Assembly: GCA_046075565.1 (NCBI GenBank)
Contig: JBJTQJ010000115.1
Coordinates: 1-62,293, forward strand
Origin: Verrucomicrobiales bacterium
GTDB lineage: Bacteria; Verrucomicrobiota; Verrucomicrobiia; Verrucomicrobiales; SLCJ01
Reading direction: 5' to 3'
DNA: 62,293 bases
Every line of letters begins with the position of its first letter. The stretch's first letter is position 1. The notes under the pieces were generated by a model that worked only from the letters and a program-made list of their open reading frames with translations, searched no databases and was not told where the DNA came from. This document shows positions 46,698-56,302 of the stretch, piece after piece. Position numbers and translations under genes: made by a program.

Positions 46698-49600
46698 TTA
46701 CTCACTCGGCGGGGCGACCTCGCGGGTGGCGGCACCGTTGGTTTCGCTCAGGATCAGGATGGAGAATTTCTCGATTTGCGACAACTCGGCGGGTTTGAGC
46801 ATCTGGAAATCGAGTCCGTTGGATGGAGCGGGCGCGGAACGGGCGACAGGTTCCGGCATTGGGACCGCCGCTCCCGAGCTGTTCAGGCTCGCGTAGTCGA
46901 AGCGTCCGCGCAGGTCGGTGTAGCCGTCCTTGAAGAAGCGGACGGTTCCATCCTGGAGCCGGACATAGACTTTGACGTAGGCCTTGCTGACCGCAGCGTT
47001 GCTGGCACTATCGCGGGCCTCCAGACGGCCGTAGTTTTCCGAAAACGCGAGCCTCAGGGTATTGGAATGATAGGCCTGGGCTTTGCGTTGGCCGGTTGCG
47101 ACAATTTCCACGAGGACATTGGCCTTGGCGAATTCGCCGGGCAAGGGCACATTCAACGTGTCTTTGTCCTTGGGCAGCTTCTGCACGGCCGAGCGGTTCG
47201 GCTTGATGATGCTGAACCGGCTGGCATCCTCGCTGACAAACGGGTTGCTGCTGAACGAGAATTCGGGGTCCATCAGGTAATAGTTCAGGGTGACCTCGCT
47301 GAGGTTGCGGTAGGTCAGGTTGATGTTCCTGTTTTCGACCTTGAATTCGAAACCTGGTTCGGTGGCGGCGAGTTCCGATTGTTGTTTCTCACGATCGGGC
47401 TGGGTGCCGGTCTGCACTTTCACCTCCTTCCCTTCGATCTCGTCGAGTTGGGTCGTCACATTGGCAAAGAGCAGACGCCAGCGTTCGATCGGGTAGTCGG
47501 AGTAACCCGAGGCGATTCCGCGCGCTTCGTTCAGGTTGACTTCATAGAATCCGGCGTAACAGCGGAAGTAATCGTGCTGCAAACGCGTGGGCAGATCCTT
47601 CGGTTCGACTTTGCCAAATCTCGCCAGGGCATCTTCCACCCGATCCTGCAGGAACAGGTAATAGGTTACGGTCATGTGATCGGCGGAATCGAGTGCCGGC
47701 TTATGGGCGAGGATATTCAGCAAGGCCTGGTATTGGGCGAGCACGGCCGGGTTGGCGATGCGATGCTCGCTGCCGAGACGGTGGGCCCGCTGGTTGACCA
47801 AGGGGCTGTATTCCAAGTGTTCATAGGCGCGGCGTTCGACCGGGTCGAGCAGGACCAACGGGCTGGCAAGGAATGGTCCGCATTGTGCGACAAATCCGTC
47901 CTGGTGTCGGATCCACTCGCGCAATGCATCGCGGTCGTTGTGAAGCAACGCGTAGCTGAAGATAACGGGATCCCAGATATGCTGCTGGTTCATGAAGGCG
48001 CAGAGTTTCTTGAAAAACGCGGCGTCATGGCAGCGCCACGCCACCCGCTGCATGGAGAGGGCGGCCAGATTGTTCTGTCCGAGGAAGGCGAAGACTTCAT
48101 CCTCGGTGCCGTATTGCGAGATGTAATCCCATGATGCCTTGTCCACTTGGGTGAGTTTGGTGACGACGTTGAACTCAAATGGTTTGGCGGAACCGGCGAC
48201 TTGGCCTTTGACGGCGACGGTAACCGGGAAGTGTTTGAACTTTTCCTTGCCTGCGGTGGCGGGGAAGTAGAAGAAATACTCGAAAGTCTGGGTGGTATAA
48301 GGCTCAAGGCGGACCGAGCGCGAGTTGGTGCTTCTGGTGCCGAGAACAGGCATGGCACCCCGGGGGATCTGCAGCAGCACTTCAGATTTGGCGGGCACGC
48401 TGGTCGGATTGGTCACCACGATGTTGGCACCGTAAACCGTGCCGGTCAGGAACTCGAAGGTCACGTATTTCTCGAACTTCTCATTGCCTTCCATCCGGAA
48501 GCGATCCCCATTCAGGAAGAAGCTCTGGGAGACGAGCAGTGGAACCGACTGCGCGTCGTCGGCGGGCGGGTTCGAGGGTTTGATCTCCTTATGGTAGGCG
48601 ATGAGCGGACCACCTGCTTTGAGTTCAAAACGACCGGCGGCGGTTTTACCTTCGTGTTCGGGCGCATCAAAGGGAAGGTCGAGCACGGCGAGGGCGAGCA
48701 TCATCTCGGTGAAGTTGCGGGAAGCTTCGGCCACGTTGGGCGAGATGAACGCTCCCTGTGAACCTTCGGCAACCCATGCGGCGTAGTCGCGCCAGAAGGC
48801 ATTGACGGGTATCAGGCTGCCATTCTGCTCGGTGATGCGCAGGTGGTAGTAGTTGTTTTCCGCCCATTCCTTGGTGGGCCCGAGCTGACGGTAATAGATT
48901 CGAACCTGGGCCCGGCTCGCCGTGGCGGTTTCTCCACCGAAGTAGGCGATAGACTCCCCAAGCTCATCGCGTCCGAGGGCAACGTCATCCTTGAGGGCCA
49001 ACTGCCGATCGACAGCCATTTTTTTGGCCGACTTGGCTTCCTCTTGCGCGAAGAATTTGTCTTCTCCATTTGCAGCTAGGTCCGCGAGCATCTCGCCTTC
49101 AGCGGCATGGAGCGACAGGCCTTTTGCCAATTTCCCGTCAACCTCGCGCAGCCTGCGCTCGAGGGATGGTCTTAATTCCCCTGGTTTGGCGGGTGGCGCG
49201 GAGGCGGCGGGAGCCGCAGCGGTCTCGGACATCGACCGCAGTTGGTCGACGGCCTCACTCTTGAGCAGTTCTTTCTGCTTCTTCATTTCACCCGACCATC
49301 CCGGTGCGCCGCCGACTTCGAGGGCACGGCCGCGGAGAGCGGTTTCGAACAACTGGTCCTGCCAATCCGGGTTGGGAGGAAGCAATTCCCACAACTCGCG
49401 CAGGTGGCGGGCGGCGGACGCGCCTTCCCCCTTCATCCGTTGGGCGAGCAAGGCGCGCTCGACCACATTCAACCGAGCGAAGGCGTTGGCACTCAAGTAA
49501 GCGCCGAGGTCACGCCCGAGCAAGAAATCATCCATGAACGTTTTGTCCTTCTTGTTCGCCAAAGCCGGTTTCACGACTTTTTCAAAGAATGCCGGATCCT

Positions 49601-52600
49601 TGCGGGCGAGGAAGAAGTTCAACTCATGGCACGCGAATTCAGAATACTTGGCGAGTTTTTCCTCATCCTTGAGCTGCGGCCATTGCAGGATCCAGGCGAA
49701 TTGGGCGAAGGTTGGATTGTTGCTCAGGGTGCTGAAGAGGGAATGAATGCCGCCGAGGGTATCATAGGTCTCGAATTCGCTGGTCAGGATGTCTTCAATC
49801 GCCAGAGTTTGCCCCTTGGCCAGCACGGTGACTTCCTTGCGTTGGGTGAAGGGTTTGGCGTGGTCAAAGTTGCGGGCGAGGCGTTGATCGGCGAAGGGCG
49901 TGGGGACTTCGCCGAGAGCAAATGATTGCCAGGCGGCATTGGTGAGGTCCTCGGCATAGACCTGGATATGCTGGCGGTCGCCGAGTGCCTTGCGTTCGAT
50001 CCGGACCAGGCCGTCCTTGTCGGGCAGGAGATTAAAAATGGCGGGCGCACTGGTGGCGAGGAAATCGAGATTGCTCTCGCCGGCCGCACCAGCATTACCG
50101 TCGCGGTTGCTGGGCATGGGATCCATTTCCGCGCCGTTGCGACGTTCGCCCCGACCTCCACGGGTCACCCCGGCCTGTTGCATGGCGGCGAGAGAAAGTT
50201 GATCGATATCGGTATCACGGATGGCCCATGGGTTGAGCAAAAGCCCCGGACGAGTAAGCATGTTGCCGGGATAGATTTTTCCGTAGCGGCGTTCGAGGAT
50301 GTAGCGGTATTCGTCGCCGATTTGGCGACCGGCCGAATAGAGGTTCGGTTGGTTGGCCGGAAAACCGGAGGCCACGCCAAAACGAGTGAAGGCACCCAGG
50401 CCGGTGAAGATGCCACGGCCGGGCTCAAAGCGGCTGGCCGCGATGTGCACGCGGGTGAAGGGAGTGGTGTTGGCCAACTTGATGGTGACGAACTCATCTT
50501 CGGCGGCCAAGCTGGTGATCTGCAAGGGCGCGGTGTTTTTCAATTCGAGGTTGCGGGACTTCCCTAACAACCACCCGCCAACTGTCTTACCCTCGCCGAT
50601 CTTGATGGTGAAGTCGCGATCTTCCCCGCGCATACGCAGCGAGTAATCTCCGGGAGCGAGACCGGTGATCTCGATGAATCCGTCCTTGAAGGCAAGTTTG
50701 CCCGCATGATCGGCGGTAAAGGTGTCCGCCTTGATTTCGAGCAGGGAAATTTCCGCCTGCGGGGAGGCATCGTTCGCCTGTGCGCCCACGGGAATGATGC
50801 CGCCATCGCGGGGAATCCGCACCACGGCATCGTTCGCCACGTGGAGGTCGGACGACCAAGTGCGCTCGCTGTCATCGAGCTGCCAGGAGGAGTTGCGACC
50901 ATTGGGGAAGCTGGCCTGGACTTGGATGATACCGGGAAGGGCGCCCAGGTTGATGCGGCCATTTTCATCGGTCTTCAGGGCGATATTTCTCTGGTTGGTG
51001 AAGCCCAGGTGGGAGAAGATGAAAACAATCTGCTGGTCGGCCACGGATTCGCCATTTTTCCCGAGCAGCTCGAAGACATAATCTTTGCCGAACTTCGAAA
51101 TGTGGCCGTCGTTGGTGGCTTCGGTTTTGTCGATGCCATTGAGTGACCAGCTTCGGGTAGCACTGAGCTCGCGTTTCACACCACCAGTGCTCAACTCGGC
51201 GATCTTCCCGCTGAGGACAACCGTCAGCGAGGCCAGACGTTCGGGCACGCTGAGCGTGTGGGTGAGCACGCTGCCGGCGCTGAGCTTGAGATCCTTGACT
51301 TCGCTGATGGTGGAAATGCCGTCGAGGTTGGTCGAGGCAATGGTGAGCTTGGGCTCGATAAGGAGGGCCGGGTCGAGATGGGCTTCGCCGAGAAGCAGCG
51401 AGGCACGCACAGCGAGCGTGGCGTCACGTCGGGCCAACAATTGCTCGCGTTCGATATGGAATTGGGCGTCGAGGGTATAGGACTCCGCGTGATGGTCGAA
51501 CTGGGTGAGCGTGGCGAATCCACCCGCGGGGTCGCTGACGACGATTGGCCGTGTTCCCGGGTTGGCGGTGAAGGGAATCACGAAGCGGTCGAGTTTCTCG
51601 TCGCGGGTGAACTTGCGCCCATCGAGCCAGACGACGGCGTCTTTGACCGGCTTTTGTTTTTCGTCGACCACGAGCAGGAGATCGCCGCCCGGGCCGGTTT
51701 GCTGGATGACCTGCCATTGGCCGACACGCACGAGGGCGCGGCTGCTGCGACCGGTGCCGATGAACTCGATGATCCACGCGCCCCGTTTGCCCTTCAACTC
51801 GGGAAATTTGAAGGTCTTGCGGGTGCGTTTGAACGGGCCGGTGTCGAAGCCATGGGTTTGTTCAGTGTTGGCGACCAGTCCATCGAGGTTCAGATCGGTG
51901 TTGAGTTGGCGCTTTTGGGTCTGGAAAAAGTTGAGCGCGTTGAGTTCATAGATTTTGACGATCAGTTTCGGCGTGTTCTTGACCACCACGTCGAATTCGG
52001 CGGCTTCGCCCGGTTGGAAGTGCGGGGAATTGGTGGCGGGAAATTCGATGTCCACCCGCTCCTTGAGTTGCTGGAAGGCGGTGGGGTTGAGCAGAGCGGC
52101 CCACTGCTCGGGTGTGCCGTGTCCACCGGTGATGAGGGCTTCCGCGAGCACGGGTTTGAGCCAGGAGTCGATGATGTAATCCGTGTAGGGAGCCATCATC
52201 TGCACCCCGAGTTGGGTGGGATTCTCCTTGGCGGCTTGATCAAAAAGCGCGAGGAAATATTCACGAACGAGCGGCTCGTCGTTGCCAATGGGCCGGTTGG
52301 CAAGCAGGGCGGCACTGAGGTCGGCGTTGAGGTCGCATTGTGGTTCGCTAATCGAAGCGCGTTTCTCCAACCACCGGGGATTCACATAACCCATGCCGCG
52401 CGGGAGTTTGAGGTATTCGAGAAAGCGGGCCGAATCATAGACACCTTTCGCACGGTCGTGGTCGAGCCGTTGGTAGAGGATATGTGCCTTGTAGGTGTTA
52501 AAGGCGGGGGGCAAGGTTTTTGCGTAGTCCCATACTCTTTCCAACCACGCTTCACGGGCCACGGGATCAAATGCGATATCCACATCGAGAGAGGGCGCCA

Positions 52601-53357
52601 ATTTGCGCATCCGGGTATCGACATAAACCGAGTTGGTGGCAAGTGCGGGGATGGCGGCGACAAGAACGTCGAGTTGCTCCGGTAGGAGGGCACGGTGGAT
52701 GGCAAACTCGCCGAAGCCGCTCGAGTCCCCGCTCTTCAGGTCGGCAATAATGAGTTCAGGAAGGTTCTGGACATCCGGCCGCTGAAGCCGGGAGAGCAAG
52801 GCCCGTCGCTGTTGCTTGTTGATGGCGACTTTGTTGCGAACCAGTGTTTCGAGGGCAGACTGGGAGAGGCCACCGAGGGAATCGTCGTGGCGGAGCGCCT
52901 CGCTCTGGAAGACATCCCGCGTCACCAAATTGGGATCGAGCACGCTCGGCAGATTGGGTTTCCGGTCGCGGACTTCCTGCTGGTGGTGGTGCGTCACGCC
53001 GAGGTGGTGCTTGAGATAGTCGAGCGTCGCCTGCGGTGTGGCATCGTAAACAAGGAGGGCCTGGCGGTTCTCGATGATTCTCCGCCGGGCATTCTCATTG
53101 GGGTAGCGCTCGCCCCATTGCTTCATGAATTCGGCGTATTTCGCGGCATTCCCGGAGTTTTGGTAGTGGAGGCAGTGGAAAAAGTAGTAGTCCTCGCTGC
53201 CGGGCACCAATTCAGCGAGCACGGCTTCGCGGTTTTCGGCGAGAGCAAAGCGCTCGATGTATCCGATTTCGTTCTCGGCGTGAACTCCGGAGGGAAGCAG
53301 AAAGCCGGCCGCGAGAGCGGTGGCGCAAACTATGGACAAGGAGCGATGCGTTTTCAT
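46698..53357 (-). CDS. Giant (2219 aa) secreted hypothetical protein
   Basis: Uninterrupted ORF, signal peptide (VHA|E), alternating helical and beta-rich blocks; no recognisable catalytic motif. Confidence 0.85.
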   Translation of the reverse strand: MKTHRSLSIVCATALAAGFLLPSGVHAENEIGYIERFALAENREAVLAELVPGSEDYYFFHCLHYQNSGNAAKYAEFMKQWGERYPNENARRRIIENRQALLVYDATPQATLDYLKHHLGVTHHHQQEVRDRKPNLPSVLDPNLVTRDVFQSEALRHDDSLGGLSQSALETLVRNKVAINKQQRRALLSRLQRPDVQNLPELIIADLKSGDSSGFGEFAIHRALLPEQLDVLVAAIPALATNSVYVDTRMRKLAPSLDVDIAFDPVAREAWLERVWDYAKTLPPAFNTYKAHILYQRLDHDRAKGVYDSARFLEYLKLPRGMGYVNPRWLEKRASISEPQCDLNADLSAALLANRPIGNDEPLVREYFLALFDQAAKENPTQLGVQMMAPYTDYIIDSWLKPVLAEALITGGHGTPEQWAALLNPTAFQQLKERVDIEFPATNSPHFQPGEAAEFDVVVKNTPKLIVKIYELNALNFFQTQKRQLNTDLNLDGLVANTEQTHGFDTGPFKRTRKTFKFPELKGKRGAWIIEFIGTGRSSRALVRVGQWQVIQQTGPGGDLLLVVDEKQKPVKDAVVWLDGRKFTRDEKLDRFVIPFTANPGTRPIVVSDPAGGFATLTQFDHHAESYTLDAQFHIEREQLLARRDATLAVRASLLLGEAHLDPALLIEPKLTIASTNLDGISTISEVKDLKLSAGSVLTHTLSVPERLASLTVVLSGKIAELSTGGVKRELSATRSWSLNGIDKTEATNDGHISKFGKDYVFELLGKNGESVADQQIVFIFSHLGFTNQRNIALKTDENGRINLGALPGIIQVQASFPNGRNSSWQLDDSERTWSSDLHVANDAVVRIPRDGGIIPVGAQANDASPQAEISLLEIKADTFTADHAGKLAFKDGFIEITGLAPGDYSLRMRGEDRDFTIKIGEGKTVGGWLLGKSRNLELKNTAPLQITSLAAEDEFVTIKLANTTPFTRVHIAASRFEPGRGIFTGLGAFTRFGVASGFPANQPNLYSAGRQIGDEYRYILERRYGKIYPGNMLTRPGLLLNPWAIRDTDIDQLSLAAMQQAGVTRGGRGERRNGAEMDPMPSNRDGNAGAAGESNLDFLATSAPAIFNLLPDKDGLVRIERKALGDRQHIQVYAEDLTNAAWQSFALGEVPTPFADQRLARNFDHAKPFTQRKEVTVLAKGQTLAIEDILTSEFETYDTLGGIHSLFSTLSNNPTFAQFAWILQWPQLKDEEKLAKYSEFACHELNFFLARKDPAFFEKVVKPALANKKDKTFMDDFLLGRDLGAYLSANAFARLNVVERALLAQRMKGEGASAARHLRELWELLPPNPDWQDQLFETALRGRALEVGGAPGWSGEMKKQKELLKSEAVDQLRSMSETAAAPAASAPPAKPGELRPSLERRLREVDGKLAKGLSLHAAEGEMLADLAANGEDKFFAQEEAKSAKKMAVDRQLALKDDVALGRDELGESIAYFGGETATASRAQVRIYYRQLGPTKEWAENNYYHLRITEQNGSLIPVNAFWRDYAAWVAEGSQGAFISPNVAEASRNFTEMMLALAVLDLPFDAPEHEGKTAAGRFELKAGGPLIAYHKEIKPSNPPADDAQSVPLLVSQSFFLNGDRFRMEGNEKFEKYVTFEFLTGTVYGANIVVTNPTSVPAKSEVLLQIPRGAMPVLGTRSTNSRSVRLEPYTTQTFEYFFYFPATAGKEKFKHFPVTVAVKGQVAGSAKPFEFNVVTKLTQVDKASWDYISQYGTEDEVFAFLGQNNLAALSMQRVAWRCHDAAFFKKLCAFMNQQHIWDPVIFSYALLHNDRDALREWIRHQDGFVAQCGPFLASPLVLLDPVERRAYEHLEYSPLVNQRAHRLGSEHRIANPAVLAQYQALLNILAHKPALDSADHMTVTYYLFLQDRVEDALARFGKVEPKDLPTRLQHDYFRCYAGFYEVNLNEARGIASGYSDYPIERWRLLFANVTTQLDEIEGKEVKVQTGTQPDREKQQSELAATEPGFEFKVENRNINLTYRNLSEVTLNYYLMDPEFSFSSNPFVSEDASRFSIIKPNRSAVQKLPKDKDTLNVPLPGEFAKANVLVEIVATGQRKAQAYHSNTLRLAFSENYGRLEARDSASNAAVSKAYVKVYVRLQDGTVRFFKDGYTDLRGRFDYASLNSSGAAVPMPEPVARSAPAPSNGLDFQMLKPAELSQIEKFSILILSETNGAATREVAPPSE

Positions 53358-53567
53358 GGCGTTGGGGTGCGGGAGATGGAAAGTCGGAGACGCGGGGGAT
53401 CCAACGCCCATGCGCGGAACCACCCAGTATGACCTCCAAATGGTATGACACGGGAGACAGGGATTTCTTGGAAATTTTTTCCAAAACCGCCAGCAGCGGC
53501 CAAAAACCGGCTCTTCGTGGCCGGAGCGGGTAGCGGGTGGTCCGGGGACGGGTGCCGGGAGGCTGTT

Positions 53568-53717
53568 TCATCGGGATCGAAATCGGTCTGGTAGGCCGGG
53601 GACTCTTCCCGCACAGTATAGCCAAGTTGCTCCAAGACGACTCACCATCCCTGCCATCCGGGACACGTAGCCAATGGCCGAGTGATAAACGTCCAGCTTT
53701 TTGAGTCCCAAGGCCAT
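53568..53717 (-). pseudogene. Internally deleted four-helix-bundle (S23/IVP-like) gene remnant
   Basis: MALGLKKLDVYHSAIGYV joined directly to SRMAGMVSRLG, then frameshifted GYTVREE..Y.TDFDPD; (A)TCGA(A)-rich flanks. Confidence 0.65.
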
Positions 53718-53827
53718 GCGTTTTCGATTTCGATAGCGATCCCGATTTCGATTTGGATTCTTTTTCCCAATGTAGCGTCCTGGCACCCCGCTACGGGCCT
53801 GCGCCCGAGCAAAAACAAACGACTTCT

Positions 53828-54280
53828 CAGTTGTATTGTTCCGGCATCTACCGGTCATGGACGCTGCCTGTGAGCATTCATCGGAGTCCTAGCAAGACCG
53901 TCCCGGTCTTGCCCTGGGACCTGTAGCCGGAAAGTCCAGAAAGACATCAAGATATCGACCTTGCGGAAGCGGTCGGCGAAGTGATTCCGGAATGACGATT
54001 GGTTGAATCGGGTTCGACATCCGTCCTCAAAGCGGTGTCGTGCTGCGCTTGCCACCGCACTCCGACACACTCGCTTGGGCAGTCGCTGTGTTGGACTGCG
54101 CCACCTGTGACGGTGCCTTCGGTTGTGGAGCACGGCGACTCGTACTGCACCTCGCACGAACTGGTCACTCTCACTTGTAGCGATTGACATGGAGTCTCAT
54201 TGGGAAGTTGATTGTTTTTGCTCTGCGGCGGCGTTTTTCACCAAACCAATTTTCCAGTTGTATTGTTCCGGCATCTACCG
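53828..54280 (+). repeat. Perfect 26-bp direct repeat CAGTTGTATTGTTCCGGCATCTACCG (53828-53853, 54255-54280)
   Basis: Read directly from sequence. Confidence 0.9.
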
Positions 54281-54364
54281 CTGAGGGTTGTTGATAATTC
54301 GCTTGGAAATCCCAGGGTAGCCCCGCAAGCGGGGCTTCCACACCCAGGTCGGCCACCACAAGGA

Positions 54365-54468
54365 TGTTCGGAGCAACCACAATCCTGTGGTTGCAGAAGA
54401 GGCGGGGAAGATTGCCAAGCATTCGCAGCGCTCCTGCTGCCACGACAGAGGTGTCGTGGCCCCGAACA
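54365..54468. repeat. Inverted pair of REP-like palindromes
   Basis: TGTTCGGA-GCAACCACA-atcc-TGTGGTTGC and GCCACGACA-gagg-TGTCGTGGC-CCCGAACA. Confidence 0.7.
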
Positions 54469-54501
54469 AGAACCCACCCGATTTCACGAAGAGCCCAAAC
54501 C

Positions 54502-56232
54502 TCAATCGTGGTGGCGGCGCCCGGTTTCCCCGATGATGGCGGCGAGGGTTTCAGCCTCGGCCGCGAGTTCGGGATTCTCCGCAAGGACGGAGGTGGTCCA
54601 GGGCAGGCGGGTGCGCCAGTTGCGTTCGTCGAGCACGCCGGGGACGTTGAAGCGGTCTTCCATGCCGAAAAGGTCGGTGATCATGAAGGCGGCGTAGCGG
54701 CTGTTGCTGCGGAGCAGGGAGGCGAGCAGTTGCCATTTCACTCCCTGGCTGTAGGGCGGGAATTGGTCGTCTGGGGCCCAGATGGAGGCAAAGTCGGATA
54801 GCAGGCGGAGGTCGCGACGGGCTTTCCAATGATCATCCTGGTCGCCTCTTTCGCCCTTGGCTTCCGCGCGCATTCGTTCCCAAAGCGCCTTCATCGCCTC
54901 GTGGTCATGCGTGCAGATGGTGGTGAAGCTGCATTCGGGATAATCGGAGCCGGGAATCACCCGACCGTCATCTTGGGTTTCCCAATGGGTGATCTTGAAG
55001 CCGGGGATGCCGAGTTCCAACAAATGGGGCCGCACGTAATCCGGGACCATGCCGAGATCCTCGGCCACGACCTCGGCTCCGGCGGCCGCCTCGCGGATAA
55101 CCCGCAGGTATTTGTCGCCGGCGGCACGGTTGGCGGCCTTGTGTTCGTCTGAGTCGTCTTCGTTTTCCTTGAAGTGGGGCAAGCGCCCTCCCGTGCGGGC
55201 GGCCGCTTCCTCGTGGGTGAGCGGGAGGAATTCCGCATTGCGCTGGGGACGCCAGGGGAAGCTGTAGATGCGGTAGAAACCGAGCACGTGGTCGATGCGG
55301 AAGATGTGGAAAACATCGGTGAGTTTGCGGATACGGCGTCTCCACCACGGGAATCCTTCCTTCTCCATGTCCTGCCAACGGTAAAGCGGGATTCCCCAGT
55401 TCTGCCCCCACTTCTGCACGAATGGATCATCCTTGAAGATGGTCTCGGGAGGAGCGCCCCCGCACCAATCGAGGTCAAATTGCTCCCGTTGGAAAAAGAC
55501 ATCCACGCTGTAGTAACTGACGCCGATCGGGATGTCGCCCATGAGGCGAACGCCCCGGCTTTCGGCATGACGGCGGACCGCCTTCCATTGCGTGAAGGCG
55601 ACCCATTGCACGAAGGCATGGAAACCGAGGGCGCGGGTGGTCGCGGCGCCATCACGGGCGCGTTCGGCTTCAATAAAGGCGCGGGCTTTTTCGGGGGTAT
55701 TGTAGCTGTCGGACCAGGTGTCCCAGGTCTCGCGTCCTTGCTCCCGGTCCATAAGGAAACGGAAAGCCACATAGTCAGGGAGCCAGTCATTCTCGCTCGT
55801 CAGGAAGGCCTCGAAGGCTTCCTTCTCCGCTGCGACGGGAGTGGATAGAAAACTTGCGTAGGCGGTCTCCAGCAATTGGCGCTTCACCGAACGCACCGCC
55901 GGGTAATCGACAAGCGGCCCCTCGAGTGCGCTGGCTGGCATGGCCGCGCGGGCGGCGGCGACATCCGCAGCGGTCAAGCCAGGGACGACTCCGGGTTCCA
56001 TTTCCAAAAGCAACGGGTCGAGGGCAACCGAGCTGATGGCATTGTAAGGACTGACATCCGGTCCGGTTTCGTTGATGGGCAGAAGCTGGACGAAGCCGAC
56101 GCCGAGACCACCGGCCCAGTCGCAGAAATCCTTGAGCGCGCCCGTGTCACCAATGCCGAGATCGCCGGCGCGGCGGAGGGAAAAAACAGGAACCAGAATA
56201 CCGGCGGAGCGGCGGGCAGCGGAGTGGGTCAT
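54502..56232 (-). CDS. malQ: 4-alpha-glucanotransferase (amylomaltase, GH77)
   Basis: GIGD, QLLPIN, SPY, MGDIPIGV, QNWG.P.Y.W, FRIDH..GF, AEDLG, THD, R.NVPG...NW. Confidence 0.94.
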   Translation of the reverse strand: MTHSAARRSAGILVPVFSLRRAGDLGIGDTGALKDFCDWAGGLGVGFVQLLPINETGPDVSPYNAISSVALDPLLLEMEPGVVPGLTAADVAAARAAMPASALEGPLVDYPAVRSVKRQLLETAYASFLSTPVAAEKEAFEAFLTSENDWLPDYVAFRFLMDREQGRETWDTWSDSYNTPEKARAFIEAERARDGAATTRALGFHAFVQWVAFTQWKAVRRHAESRGVRLMGDIPIGVSYYSVDVFFQREQFDLDWCGGAPPETIFKDDPFVQKWGQNWGIPLYRWQDMEKEGFPWWRRRIRKLTDVFHIFRIDHVLGFYRIYSFPWRPQRNAEFLPLTHEEAAARTGGRLPHFKENEDDSDEHKAANRAAGDKYLRVIREAAAGAEVVAEDLGMVPDYVRPHLLELGIPGFKITHWETQDDGRVIPGSDYPECSFTTICTHDHEAMKALWERMRAEAKGERGDQDDHWKARRDLRLLSDFASIWAPDDQFPPYSQGVKWQLLASLLRSNSRYAAFMITDLFGMEDRFNVPGVLDERNWRTRLPWTTSVLAENPELAAEAETLAAIIGETGRRHHD

Positions 56233-56302
56233 GGCCGCAAATCATGCCAGTGAGCAGGGTCCCGCGCAAGCTGGAAGCGGCTTCGCCTTTCGGATTCCGG
56301 GT

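Noticed and set aside
53568-53717. Diversity-generating retroelement suggested by the Avd-like remnant
   Set aside because: No reverse transcriptase and no adenine-variant TR/VR pair found
53929-53937. GGAAAGTCC resembling the RNase P RNA P4 motif
   Set aside because: The other conserved RNase P elements are absent and the context is a repeat patchwork
53828-54280. 26-bp direct repeat as a CRISPR array
   Set aside because: Only two copies, a 401-bp spacer and no cas genes
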